The notes under the pieces are model-generated. The model had not been told where the DNA came from, did not search any database, and worked only from the letters and a program-made list of their open reading frames with translations. 64,000 nucleotides of DNA from NCBI GenBank assembly GCA_963514005.1, contig OY740808.1, forward strand, positions 11,842,001-11,906,000. Direction: 5' to 3'. Shown here in pieces: positions 24,211 through 37,777 of the stretch (positions are counted from its first letter, which is position 1; every line of letters starts with the position of its first letter). The DNA is from Raja brachyura. Lineage: Eukaryota. Position numbers and translations under genes: made by a program.

Positions 24211-25211
24211 GTGAGTTGACTGGCCGCTCACAATAACCCCAGATGTAGTTCGAGTAAATTTCCACCCTGCGTGATGAGGCGCTGCATTCGACGATCTTCT
24301 GTGGTCCCTGCCGTTATCTTGCCCTTAGATGCTGAATCAATCCAAAATAGTGGCATAATCTGCAGCGCCTTTGGGATATTTACAGTTGTTGTAATTTATG
24401 GGGAGCAAATGCAAACTGCTTGATGTGAAAATGCTGGTATTGCCCAAATGTTCGTCTCTGCGCCGGACAGTCTTGCAACAGTAGATGACAGCATTGCATC
24501 GGTTATGAAATAATGTTCATTTATTGCGGAGATTAAGATAATGCAATATTAAGATAACGTGTAAGCCCATAAACCCATCTGTTATCTACTCATTTGGCGA
24601 TTATGGGCGTGGATGCGAATGAGGAGCGGTTTTAACTTTTGACACTAGACAGTAAAAAAGACGGAGGCAATACACTTACTGAATGCTCAATTGCACTTGG
24701 AGAAACAAACACAAAATATTTTTCCTCGTAAGCTCAATTCATCGTGACGGTCTTAAAAAAAGAGTTCGGACAAAAAACATACAAGCAGCTCTCACTGGGT
24801 AAATGCGGTAATAGAAAAAAACCATTTGACCGCGTGGGCAGAATATACCGATGCAGTCTCCGATTTTAACGGTAGATGGCGGTGCCGTGCCTTACTTCTG
24901 TGGTGAAGCTCGACACATCCCTATTCTGAAATGGGTCAACCACAATAATATGTCTGAGCTCACGTATAGGCCAGATCCGCAATAATTAGATTATTTTCCC
25001 CTTGAAGGATATATTTGGGATCCAGATGTTTTGTAGTAATCAATTGTATAACCTGATGTTTCTTTTGAGATATTCCAGACACTTACAATAATTTAGATTC
25101 CACACCTTCCCTGTTGAAATAGGTCTGGATGTATGGTCCAGGCCTCTGCGTTCGTAGTGATGTGATTTCGGTTCGAAACCATTGCTTATCTGCTCTTCCT
25201 TCACCTTTGCA

Positions 25212-28016
25212 GGGACCAAGGCTGGGAGCTGAACATCCAGGGATATTCAATATTCAGGAGCGATAGAGAGAAAGGAAAAGGAGGTGGGGTAGCGTTGCTG
25301 GTTAGAGAGGAGATTAACGCAATGGAAAGGAAGGACATTAGCTTGGAGCATGTGGAATCGGTATGGGTAGAGTTGCGAAACACTAAGGGGCAGAAAATGC
25401 TAGTGGGAGTTGTGTACAGGCCACCTAACAGTAGTAGTAGTGAAGTTGGGGATGGTATCAAACAGGAAATTAGAAATGCATGCGACAAAGGCAAAGCTGT
25501 TATAATGGGTGACTTCAATCTACATATAGATTGGGTGTATGAAATTGGCAGGGGCGCTGAGGAAGAGGATTTTTTGGAAAGTATGCGGGATAGTTATCTA
25601 AATCAACATGTAGAGGAACCAATGAGAGAGCAGGCTATTTTAGACTGGGTATTGAGTAATGAGGAAGGGTTAGTTAGCAGTCTTATTGTGCGTGCCCCCT
25701 TGGGCAAGAGTGACCATAATATGGTCGATTTCTTCATTAGGATGGAGAGTGACATTGTTAATTCAGAAACAATGGTTCTGAACTTAAGGAAAGGTAACTT
25801 TGAGGGTATGAGACGTGAATTGGCCAAGATTGACTGGCAATCAATTTTAAAAGGGTTGACGGTGGATACGCAATGGAAGACATTTAAAGACTGCATGGGT
25901 GAACTACAAAAATTGTTCATCCCAGTTTGGCAAAAGAATAGATCAAGGAAGGTAGTGCACCCGTGGATAACAAGGGCAATCAGGGATAGTATCAAAGCAA
26001 AGGATGATGCGTACAAAGTAGCCAGAAAAAGCAGCATACTAGAGGACTGGGAGAAATTCAGAGACCAGCAGAGGAGGACAAAGGGCATTATTAGGAAAGG
26101 AAAAATAGATTATGAAAGAAAACTGGCAGGGAACATAAAAACTGACAGCAAATGTTTTTATAGATATGTGAAGAGAAGGAGATTAGTTAAAACAAATGTA
26201 GGTCCCTTGCAGTCAGAAACAGGTGAGTTGATCATGGGGAACAAGGATATGGCGGACCAATTGAATAACTACTTTGGTTCCGTCTTCACTAAGGAAGACA
26301 TAAATAATCTGCCGGAAATAGCAGGGGACCTCGGGTCAAAGGAGGACTTGAGTGAAATCCAGGTTAGTCGGGAAGTGGTGTTGGGTAAATTGAATGGATT
26401 AAAGGCCGATAAATCCCCAGGGCCAGATAGGCTGCATCCCAGAGCACTTCAGGAAGTAGCTCCGGAAATAGTGGATGCATTAGTGATAATCTTTCAAAAC
26501 TCTTTAGATTCTGGAGTAGTTCCTAAGGATTGGCGGGTAGCAAACGTAAACCCTCTTTTTAAGAAGGGTGGGGGGGGGGGGGGGGGGGGGTGAGAGAGAA
26601 AACAGGGAATTACAGACCAGTTAGTCTAACATCGGTAGTGGGGAAACTGCTAGAGTCAGTTATTAAAGATGGGATAGCAGCACATTTGGAAAGTGGCGAA
26701 ATCATTGGACAAAGTCAGCATGGATTTACGAAAGGTAAATCATGTCTGACGAATCTTGTGGAATTTTTCGAGTATGTAACTAGTAGCGTGGATAGGGGAG
26801 AACCAGTGGATGTGGTGTATCTGGACTTCCAGAAGGCTCTCGACTAGGTCCCACATAAGAGATTAGTATATAAACTTAAAGCATACGGCATTGGGGGTTC
26901 AGTATTGATTTGGATAGAGAACTGGCTGGCAAACAGGAAGCAAAGAGTAGGAGTAAACGGGTCCTTTTCACAATGGCAGGCAGTGACTAGTGGGGTACGG
27001 CAAGGCTCAGTGCTGGGACCCCAGCTATTTACAATATACATTATTGATCTGGATGAGGGAATTGAAGGCAATATCTCCAAGTTTGCAAATGACACTAAGC
27101 TGGTGGGCAGTGTTAGCTGTGAGGAGGATGCTAGGAGACTGCAAGGTGACTTGGATAGGCTGGGTGAGTGGGCAAATGTTTGGCAGATGCAGTATAATGT
27201 GGATAAATGTGAGGTTATCCACGTTGGTGGCAAAAATAGGAAAGCAGACTATTATCTAAATGGTGGCCGATTAGGAAAAGGGGAGATGCAGCGCGACCTG
27301 GGTGTCATGGTACACCAGTCATTGAAAGTAGGCATGCAGGTGCAGCAGGCAGTGAAGAAAGCGAATGGTATGTTAGCTTTCATAGCAAAGGGATTTGAGT
27401 ATAGGAGCAGGGAGGTTCTACTTCAGTTGTATTGGGTCTTGGTGAGACCACATTGGAGTATTGCGTACAGTTCTGATCTCCAAATCTGAGGAAGGACATT
27501 ATTGCCATAGAGGGAGTGCAGAAAAGGTTCACCAGACTGATTCCTGGGATGTCAGGACTGTCTTATGAACAAAGACTGCATAGACTCGGTTTATACTCTC
27601 TAGAATTTAGGAGATTGAGAGGGGATCTTATAGAAACTTACAAGATTCTTAAGGGGTTGGACAGGCTAGATATAGGAAGATTGTTCCCAATGTTGGGGAG
27701 GTCCAGGACAAGGGGTCACAGCTTACGGATAAGGGGGAAATCCTTTAGGACCGAGATGAGAAGGACTTTTTTCACACAGAGAGTGGTGGGTCTCTGGAGC
27801 TCTCTGCCACAGAGGGTAGTTGAGGCCAGTTCATTGGCTATATTTAAGAGGGAGTTAGATGTGGCTCTTGTGGCTAAGGGGATCAGAGGGTATCAGAAGG
27901 CAGGTACAGGATACTGAGTTGGATGATCAGCCATGATCATATTGAATGGCGGTGGAGGCTCGAAGGGCCGAATGGCCTACTCCTGCACCTAATTTCTATG
28001 TTTCTATGTTTCTATG
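25212..28016 (+). mobile_element. Young 5'-truncated CR1 LINE (near-complete ORF2, frameshifted), unit-1-specific
   Basis: ORFs 25295-26593, 26590-26847, 26905-27489 and 27516-27917 give EN (VYRPPN, MGDFN, SDHN) and RT (YLDFQKA, QGSVLGP, FANDTKL). (TTTCTATG)3 tail. Empty site at about 45410-45420. Confidence 0.92.
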
Positions 28017-28169
28017 AATTGGAGGAATCTTTCACTGCATAAAAATATTCTTCTTTCACAGTTTTCTGATTATGCTACGGTTTAACCAAAGCTTGAGTAC
28101 TAACCTCTCTGCTTACTCAATACTTCGTTCTTTGAAACCCCACACGTATCACAGTTTTGCCCACTACTC

Positions 28170-28626
28170 TCTCATATGCTGAGAGAATGGAGCAGCTGGC
28201 TTTGTACACTCTGGAGTTTAGAAGGATGAGAGGAAATCTCATTGAAACATATAAGATTGTTAAGGGCTTGGACACACTAGAGGCAGGAAACATGTTCCAG
28301 ATGTTGGGGGACTCCAGAACCAGGGGCCACAGTTTAAAAATAAGGAGTATGCCATTTAGAACGGAGACGAGGAAACACTTTTTCTCACAGAGAGTGATGA
28401 GTCTGTGGAATTCTCTGCCTCAGAGGGCGGTGGAGGCAGGTTCTCTGGATGCTTTCAAGAGAGAGCTTGATAGGGCTCTTAAAGATAGCGGAGTCATGGG
28501 ATATGGGGAGAAGGCAGGAATGGGCTGCTGATTGGGGATGATCAGCCATGATCATATTGAATGGCGATGCTGGCTCGAAGGGCCGAATGGCTTACTCCTG
28601 CACCTATCGTCGATTGTATATTGTCC
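28170..28626 (+). mobile_element. CR1 3' fragment, unit-1-specific
   Basis: ORF 28157-28531 is the CR1 C-terminus, followed by the 3' UTR. Empty site at about 45570. Confidence 0.85.
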
Positions 28627-29269
28627 ACCCTCGCGATATATCTTTCTACCTTTGCAGATGTGTGCTCACGAACCCAAAGTCCCTCGGTTCCTGCGCACTA
28701 TGAACGCACATTGCCTCCCCCTCCCCCTCTCCTCCATACACGAGGCAAACTATACCAGCTCAGAGTTCTCTGTGATAGATTTCATCCATTATTCACCTAC
28801 TCATTCTCCTGTCATATTGAAGTTTGAAGTGCACGCTGAGTACTCTCTTCCTCTCCTGCATGTAAGCCGCTATTGTATCACGATTGTTGATGTGAATATA
28901 TTGCTGTCGGTACAGAACACAACTAGGTATGGGGATAGAGGAAAATGAAATAATTCGCCAAAATGTTCGTGCATGCTGAATGTGAATAATGAGAATGTAA
29001 CCTTATATATCTCCGGGAGAGCCCTTCATTTTTTTGGGGACAAACATGAAGACAGTTGCAAACAGGATTTTGCACATTTGAGTGGGGTTTGGACCCAGGT
29101 TTTTACCCCCAGGTTTTCCATCTATCCAACTTGCCAAGTGGTTCTGAATGTCAATGAAAGTCATAAAGATTAAAAAATGACGCATGACATAAATAACTGA
29201 ACATTATTCTCTTAAAAGAAACAAACAGAAAATCAAATTACAACACATTTTAAACCGAGAACTCTTGCT

Positions 29270-29850
29270 TGCAGAAACATCGCAGACACGTGGACTGTGA
29301 CAGAAAATACACAGGAAATTTTAAAATATAAATTATACATACACATCTGAAAGAAAGAAACAAGATTGCGACAAAGAACATAATAATAATTTAAAAATGT
29401 CGATAGTGTGCAAGTTTGGGGGCATAGTGTCCCGTTATCGAGGCAAGATTAGGGGTATGTAGGTCCTTCCACAAACTGGATAGTTGTAGGCAAGTAGCTG
29501 TTCTTGAACCGGGTGGTGTACTTTCTGTAGTAGATCTGTAAAAGTTTGTTAGAGTATTAGGAGACATAAAGTATTTCTTTAAAATGCTTTGAAAGCATTG
29601 GCGCTCCTTCGCGGATGCACATGTTTGCTGGGCCCGGGACAAGTCATCCACGATGTTAATGCCTAGAATTTAAAGCTGATAACTCGCTCCACCACTGCTC
29701 CACCAAAGACAAGGCCCCTGGACTTCCTCTTTCTGAAGTCAGCGATAAGTTCGGTCTTGTTGCTTTGGAGCGAAAGGGTTGTTGCTCTGACACCACTCAA
29801 CCAAGTGTTCCGTCTCTCTTCTCTATGCTGACGCAGCACCATCCGCACTC
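29270..29850 (-). mobile_element. Decayed Rex1/Babar-like LINE 3' fragment (paralog 46940-47685)
   Basis: 'TELIADFRK', 'VERVISFKF' and 'TLTNFYRSTTES' motifs. Confidence 0.6.
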
Positions 29851-30804
29851 GGTCACTTGAAGCTAATTTATCAAACAATAAAATGGTGACTAATCTGATT
29901 GCAACCTCTCAACTGCAGTCCCACCCACATCTGTTAACATATCGCTACCCCACCTTGTTTATTAGGAATATTTTTACCTTTGGAAAATAATAAAGATTGC
30001 TTCTACCACATTTTCAGAAACGTAATTGATGAGGCTTTCTACATTCTCAGAGATGTGTTTTGTTTCTTCACTTTATGAAGTAGGCATTTTTTTTTGTTTA
30101 ACCGGGACGTTTAGTTTTAGATTACCCCAGACGAATTGTCCTCTCCCTTCACATGCTATTCAAACTTAATTCCTCATTAAACAACTCACTCGTTGCAGAT
30201 ATGGGTCTACTAGTAATCATTTTCTGAATTGCTTCAAAGGCATTTACATTTGCACGATTCTGCGATTAAGTATGACTGGAGCACTAAGAACCTCTCTCTT
30301 TTGTATTCGTTTTTTTCTGGCGTTAGATGATAACACTGTTACCTTTCCTTGGCAGTTGTTGCACCTCATTCTAGCCTGTGGCGAATCCTCACCAGCAAAT
30401 CGAAATAATTATGCATCTCAAAACACTGAAAACTGTCATAATGTAAATATGAAGGGCCTCGACCCGAAACGTTAACCATTCCTTCTCTCCAGAGATGCTG
30501 CTTGTCGCTCTGAGTTACCCCAGCTTTTTGTATCACTTACCCTGTCAAAATTGACATTTCACATGCTCCCACATCCCGCATTTAACAGGCCTTTGCCCAT
30601 TCATTGGAACTATCCACATACACGGTGGCCTTGTTTCGTTCTTCATGTCATTAACAAATTCAATTTTTTTTTAGCATTTTAGAAATTGGGGCTCCAGCAC
30701 TTATCTATGAGGCACTTCAGTTTTTACATCATTCCAACCAGAATTTTGCCTGTTTATGCGTGTTCTATGTTTCAATGTTCTTTTCTTAACCATAAATACC
30801 AGGA

Positions 30805-31910
30805 CTCTTAGAAAATAGGTGCAGGAGTAGGCTATTCGGCCCTTCGAACAGCACCGCCATGCAACATGATCATGGCTTATCATCCAAAATCAGTACCCCG
30901 TTCCTGCTTTCTCCCCATATCCCTTGGTTCCATCAGCCCTAAAAGCTATATCTAACTCTCTCTTGAATACACCCAGTGATTTGGCCTCCACTGCCTTCTG
31001 TGGCAGAGAATTCCACATGTTCACAACTCTCTGCGTAAAAAAGTGTTTCCGCATCTCCGTCTTAAATGGCCTACCCTTTTTTTAAACTGGGACCCCTGGT
31101 TCTGGAATCTCCCATCATCGGGAACATTTTACCTGCATCTAGCGTATCCAATCCCTTAAGAATGTTATATGTTTCTATAAGATCCCCTCTCATCCTTAAA
31201 AATTCCAGTGCATATAAACCCACTCGATCATATGTCAGTTCCACCATCCCGGGGATTAATCTGGTGAACCTACGTTGCACTCCCTCAATAGCAAGAATGT
31301 CCTTCCTCAGATGTAGAGACTAACACTGCTCACAATACTCCAGGTGTGGTCTCACTAGGGCCCTGTACAACTGCAGTAGGACCACCTTGCTCCAATACTC
31401 AAATCCTCTCGCTATGAAGGCCAACGTGCCATTCGCTTTTCTTCACTGCCGACTGCACCTGCATGCTTTCTTTCAGTGACTGATGTTCAAGGCCACCCAG
31501 GTCTCGTTGCACCTCCCCTTTCCCTAATTTGACACCATTGAGATAATAATCTGCCTTCCTGTTTCTGCCACCAAAGTGGATAACCTCACATTTATCCACA
31601 TTATTTTGCATCTGCCATGCATCTGCCCACTCACCCATCCCATCCAAGTCACCCTGCAGCCTCATAGCATCCTGCTCGCAGCCCACACTGCCAAACAGCT
31701 TTGTGTGATCAGCAAACTTGGAGATGTTACATTTAATTCCTTCATTTTAATCGTTAATATATATTATGAATAACCGAGGTCCCATCGCTGAGCCTTGAGG
31801 CACCCCGCTAGTCACTGCCTGCCATTCAGAAAATAACCCGTTAATTCCTACTCTTTGCTTACTGTTTGCCATATAGTTATCCATCCATGTCAATACCCTA
31901 CCCCCAATAT
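30805..31910 (-). mobile_element. CR1 fragment shared by units 1 and 2 (paralog 48462-49472)
   Basis: ORFs 31071-31280 and 31399-31686 match the CR1 RT C-terminus. Confidence 0.85.
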
Positions 31911-34272
31911 TACCATATTATTTGCCAGATTTACCTGTGATTTATCACCTTATCAAATGCCTGCTCGAAATTATATCTGCCTGGCATGGTACTCCTTCAA
32001 AGCCTTTCGGTAAATTGGTGAAACATCCTTCATCAATTCATAAATTGTAGGAGGAGAATTAGGCTATTCGGCTCATCAATTCTACCCCGGCATTCTATCA
32101 TGCTGAATTTATCTCTCCCTCTCAACCCTATTCTCCTGACATCTTCCCATACCCCATAACGCTCTCACTAATCAACAACCAATTAATCTGCACCTTAAAA
32201 CTGTCAATTGACTTGGCTTCCACAGCGTTCTGTAGCAATGAATTCCACAGATTCACCACCCTCTGACTAAATAAATTCCTCCTCATCACCTTTTGTAAAT
32301 GTACGTCCTTTTATTCTGAGGCTATAACTTTTGGCCCTGGACTCCCCCGCTCGTCGAAACATCCGCTCCACATCCACTCTATCCAGGAGGGGAGGGGGCG
32401 CTCTCCTAAAGTCTGCTATCAATTCCACCGTCTTAAGAGCATTGAGCTCCAGATTGTTATGAAGGCACCAGGACGCCAGCTGTCACTTCCTGTCTGTAGG
32501 CAGATTCCTCCCCAACCTGGATCAGTCTAATTAGGGTTGTGTCGTCCCTGAGATCCCTGGGATCACCCTCGTAAACCTCCTCTGGACTCTCTCCAACTCC
32601 AGCTCAGTCTTCCTCAGATTGGAGCCCAAAACTGTTCACAACACTCCAAATGCGGTCTGACCAGTGCCTTATAAAGGCTCAGCATCACATCCCTGTTTTT
32701 GTATTTTGTTTTTTGTGTTCTGGCCCTCTCGAAAGAAATGCTAGCATTGCATTCGCCTTCCTGACTACCGACTTCTAAATTAACTTTTGGGGAATCCTGC
32801 ACCAGCCCCTTTGCACCTTTCATTTCTGAATTTTCTCTCTTTCTCAACAACATTTTGACTTTTGCGAGATTACATTTTTGATCATTTTGTCAGTACCCTT
32901 TATATCGTTTTAGTAAGAGCTTGCAACATTTCTGTCTCTCTTCCATTCTGAATGAAAATGATCACCAAGGAACTTCTATGGTAGCATTGAAATAAAAACT
33001 CAAAGCAATGAATTCAGAGCTGCAATGGGATGAATTAAGATTCTTGAATGAAATACAATACATCTTAAGACCCTGACAGCCCGTGGCTCTATCACCTTCC
33101 TAATGATTGCAACTTTTGTGAGTTTGTTCCCTGCTTCAACTACCATGTCTGCAACCGTTTCTGGGATGTTGTCCGTGTTCAGTAGTGAAGATCGATGAAA
33201 AATTACAGTTTCCATTATCTGACATCTCGATATTCCCCTTTAATTTTACTCCAGATCCACTTTGTCCACTCTGTAGATTGTAATAAAAATGACAGAAATT
33301 CTTATTATCATGCATTTACACTTCTAGCTGACGTCCAACAATACTTTAATATTTTCGTACTCATTGAGCCCTTCGTCATATTTGTTACAATTCGCTGTTC
33401 AATTTTCTGATTTCCATTCAACTTTGCTCATAGAAAATGTTTTTGCTCTTAGTTTATTGCTGTCTGTTACATGTTTAGATAATCGGGGATGTGTCGTGCA
33501 CTTGGATTTTATTTCTTGTGGCACGTGTGTATGATCTGTCTTTTGAATGCTCACATTGGAAGCTCACATTGAAATCTGGAATTTCCGATATTTTATTTGA
33601 ATTTGCTAGTGGACTTCAAGTTCAAGTTCACATTTAGTGTCACACGCAGCAATTAAGATACAGTGATATTTGAGTAAACGTGCAGCCATACAAGGCTAAA
33701 AGGACACAATACATTCAGCTGGCTCCGTTCCATGGCATGCATTTACCCCTCTACAGCATTATTCACTCCCTCACACTTCTACTTTAATTAATGATGTATT
33801 GTTCTTCCCATGCCCTTCAATTCGACCGTCTGAAGCGTCAACATCTTCTCGTTCTCTCGCACTGCGATGAAGACATGTTAACAGACTTTCTTGTGCCGTT
33901 TAATTTGACCATCAAAGTGGACACTTTAAATGCAATGAAGGGGCTTAGTGGAATGGTGCCTTGCGATATTACACGACTGCGAATTATTTGTATGAAAAGG
34001 GCAAATGTTTTATTTTATATTTATTTGGGAGCTTAAGGGGATTAGTGCAAAGTCTCTACAGTCCCATCATTCGACGCAGCTGACACCTTTTACTCAGTAA
34101 ATAAGAGCCTGCTCTCACACAACAGTTCTCGTCTGAGTCTCAGAGCTTCTCTCTCCCTCCCCTCGCCGCCGTTGAGTTCACCGTTGTCTGCTGTTCTCCT
34201 CCCACTGAAAACAACATGAAAATGTCTTTCTCCCAAAGGACTGGAGCTGCAGAAATATCATTTTACACCGAG

Positions 34273-34361
34273 CCAATAATTCAGTGAATCGATGTCACGT
34301 GGATAAAGATTTGCATGAATAATTAATAATTAGTGACGTTGGGATGCTGAAGACTTTAAAA
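34273..34361 (+). promoter_or_regulatory. IgL V promoter 1 (CCAAT, E-box, octamer ATTTGCAT 34309-34316, TGACGT, TATA-like TTTAAAA)
   Basis: Canonical light-chain-orientation octamer about 110 nt upstream of the ATG; identical in cluster 2. Confidence 0.8.
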
Positions 34362-34425
34362 GAGAAACTTCGAAAGGGCTCAAAACCGCGCTTGTGCAGC
34401 AAAATATTCCTTTGTCACCTTCGAC

Positions 34426-37400
34426 ATGGCTGAATGGGTTTGGGTTCTCGCCTTGGTGACCTGTTTCCACTGTGAGTAGAGCGCAGAATGATTAATGCTG
34501 TATCGTTTTACATTCTGCTGTGTTTTTTCTAATGGTTTTGTACATTGATCTGTTTTTTTCTATCAGCTATAAACGCGGAGACGACCTTGACTCAGGACCC
34601 GTCTATATCAACCTCGCCGGGAACAACCGTCAAAATTTCCTGTACCCTGTCAGGGGGCAGCATCGGTAGCTTCTACACGAGCTGGTACTGGCAGAAGCCG
34701 GACAGCGCTCCTGTCTTGGTGTGGTATGGAAGCTCCAGAGGCACCGGAATTCCAGACCGATTCACGGGTTCCGTGGACTCATCCACGAACCAAATGCATT
34801 TAACCATCACCAACGTGCAATCGGAGGACGCTGCCGATTATTACTGTGGTGTGTGGGACAACACTAATGACGAATTCACCTTTGGGAGAGGAACCAAACT
34901 GAATCTAAGCAGTAAGTAAAGTATTCACGTTTTGAAACTTCGAATCGTTGAACTTAACTTTTGCTTTCCACCATAAATCCTCGGTAGAAAGATCCTATAA
35001 ACCTAAGTAGAACACAACGGGGCAGCCAGCAATTCAGGTAGACGTAGGGATGGGCACTATTTCGTGTCGGGAGACTTTCTCGAACGGAAATATGGTCTTT
35101 CTATGTCATCCAGAGATGCTGTCTGATCCGCTGGATTACTTCAGCTCTTTGTGCTGTACTCAAGATGGCAACTTGTTTCTCCTACGTGAACTTGGTGTTT
35201 ATGATCCTTTACCTCCATCCCTACAACACTCCGAGAAATCTGCGCTCACCCAACCGTGGGTTCTTGATCATCGTGGAATTTAACGCCTTCACATACTGAC
35301 AGCTGTGCATCAAAGTTGTTTAATTCTGGAATGATCTCCCGAAGCTCTATTTTCCCCATTGTTCCCTGATGTTCATGAAAACTGCTCGTTCAGCCGAAAT
35401 GCTGATTTGAAGCCTCCTCAAGTGGCGGGTTTCATTCGAGACTGCTGCTATTGATCACTTTGCTTCACTATAAGGGTAATGCAAACGAAAACTGTTGCCG
35501 TTACTTGAAAAAATGTTCGGGAAATTATGAGATTTTATTAGTTTACGGTATATTGTGGACACGGAGAATACCAACTCTGAGAGTGGGCCAAATAGGATAA
35601 TTGGAAGCATCCAAAAGAAAGTTAATAAACATTTGCAAGGGATGTTGGTGAATTTAAATGGGATGTTTTTGAAATTGCAAATACCCATTAGGGCAATTTG
35701 CGCGAAGTTGATTTCTGATCGTTTTAATGATACCATCAGGGTGAAGTGGCGTTTCGGCAGGTTTACATGCGCTCCCTACAACAGCGCTAAAACTAATTGC
35801 CAGGGAAAAGGTAAAAAACAAATAATTAAACGCTTCGCACCGAACCATTTCAATTCTCTCTGCGCGAAAGTGTGGAGGATTGTTGCAAGTCTGATTCAGC
35901 TCCGAAATTAGAAACAAGAGCAGAACCGTATTCGGGTTCATTTCTCGTTCAGCTAGCCATTGCCACCTAAGCTGATCACATTTGTGTGGATATGCCGTCA
36001 GGCTCTTTGTACCCACCTTGTAGAACCTGCAAGGGATTTTGATGCAGGTTCTCCGATTGCCATTGAGTGCATGATATAGCAGACAACGCAGACTGTTCAC
36101 TATGCTGTCAAACATGATCCCTCTGATTGTTGATTTTTTTTACGGGCAGGCAGTTGGTGGACCGACCTGTCAAAAAGCTTAAAAGATCGAGACATAATTT
36201 TGCCATTTTCTGATAAATTAGTGCGGAAATGGGCACACAAGTATACGAGGTTGTTGCTGAATTGCCTAGAATCGAAAGATTGGAAGGAAATAGTACAGCG
36301 TCTTTAAATTCAGCATTAACTTGAAATGTTTTTAAAAGTTCGAATATGTTGGATGTTAAACCCAGAGCTGTCTGGATATGTGTCAGAATGAATTTGAATC
36401 TGACCAAACCATTAGTTTTACCTTTCCTTTTTCTGACCGCCACCATCCTTGAATCATGGACTTTCTGGACGATGTGGAAGATACACTAATAAGTAATATT
36501 CTAAAGACAATTCCGGGAAAGAATTGGGATCACTGTTTAAACAAGCATGAATTTGGAAATGCTGCTCATTCTGCTAGGATGAGTTGTAATTCCATTTTTT
36601 TTCTGCCCGTTTCCATGATGTGAAGAAAATCGTAGGGTACATGGTTTACCCTACGATGGTACAGTGAAAATTAACTTATCACGATTCTGCTGTATAAAAC
36701 GAGGTTTATAAATCAACGGTAATTGTAAAGCCAGTGCAGGACACGGCCATAGAGCCACAGAGTTATGCAGCGGTGGAACAGACCTCAAGTCCACCTATTT
36801 CATGCCGACCGAGGTGCCCTTCTTGCAGGTCCCATTTGCGTGTGCCATTCCCATATCTCTTTGAACCTTTCCTATCCAAGTATTAATTCAAATGTTTTTT
36901 AAATGGTGTTATTGCACCTGCCTCAACAACCTCTCTGGGGAACTGGAGTCAATGCATTATGTGTACAAATGTTGCTCTGAACCTAAGCCCTCTAATTCTT
37001 CATTCTCGTACTATGCGGAAAAGACTCCGTGCGCTAACCCTATGTATTCCCCTCGCGATTTTGTACACCGCCATGCGATCACCCTAAGGTCTTCTACACT
37101 CCAAGAACTAACGTCCTCGCATATCCAATCGATGCCTACAGTTCAGGCGTTCGAAACCTGGCACCGTCATCGTAAATCTTGTCTGGAGTCATTCCAGCTG
37201 AATCGATTCTGACTTTTAACGACAACTGATCAATAATTCATTTATATTTATTTCAATTCTTATTTCCAGGTCCGCGTCCCCCCACCGTTTCCATTCTGGC
37301 GCCTTCAACGGGTGACGTCACCGCAAAAAGTACCGCCACCCTGGTGTGTTTGGTGAGCGGGTTCAATCCGGGCGTTGTGGACATCGAGTGGACCGTGGAC

Positions 37401-37592
37401 GGCAGTGCGAGAAGTGATGGCGTTGCGACCAGCCGGGTCCAGCAGGAGAAGGACTACTCGTTCAGTGCGAGCAGTTACCTGACTCTGCCAGCCTCCGACT
37501 GGAACTCACACGACCTTTACTCCTGTGTGGTTAAACACGAAACCCAGACAACCCCGATTAAGGCCAATATCGCCAGATCCAGTTGCCTGTAA
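34426..37592 (+). CDS. IgL: Immunoglobulin light chain, lambda-type (type II), germline-joined VJ, cluster 1; 237 aa
   Basis: join(34426-34471 leader MAEWVWVLALVTCFH, 34567-34911 VJ ETTLTQDPS...WYWQKPDSAP...YYCGVWDNTNDEFTFGRGTKL, 37270-37592 C SPRPPTVS...ATLVCLVSGF...YSCVVKHE...SSCL). Phase-1 GT-AG introns, no RSS. WYWQKPDSAP and VDSS..MHLTITNVQSED are typical of elasmobranch type II chains. Confidence 0.95.
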
Positions 37593-37771
37593 TTCAAAGG
37601 ATCAAATTCCCGATTTGCTACATTTCTTTGTAAATTGATCCAATATTCAGATATGGAATGTTCGCTTTAACAGGGTGTTTGTTCAAACGCAGCACATGTG
37701 CATTTTGTTGCCTTGGATGCGCTGTCCGTATTTTACGGTGAACTGAAAAACAAGAATGTTACATTTAATGC

Positions 37772-37777
37772 AATAAA
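37772..37777 (+). terminator. PolyA signal, IgL cluster 1
   Basis: AATAAA 180 nt after the stop; conserved in cluster 2. Confidence 0.7.

Noticed and set aside
26571-26590. Poly-G run breaking CR1 ORF2 (similar poly-C at 12484-12503)
   Set aside because: Homopolymer expansion or sequencing error; no evidence of programmed frameshifting.
34545-34919. ORF-track starts for the IgL V and C ORFs (also 52072, 37344, 54764)
   Set aside because: These starts are intronic or internal. The true starts are the leader ATGs at 34426 and 51978.
35455-36446. Several 90-150 aa ORFs in the J-C intron
   Set aside because: Frames are not preserved in the cluster 2 paralog and have no recognisable domain.
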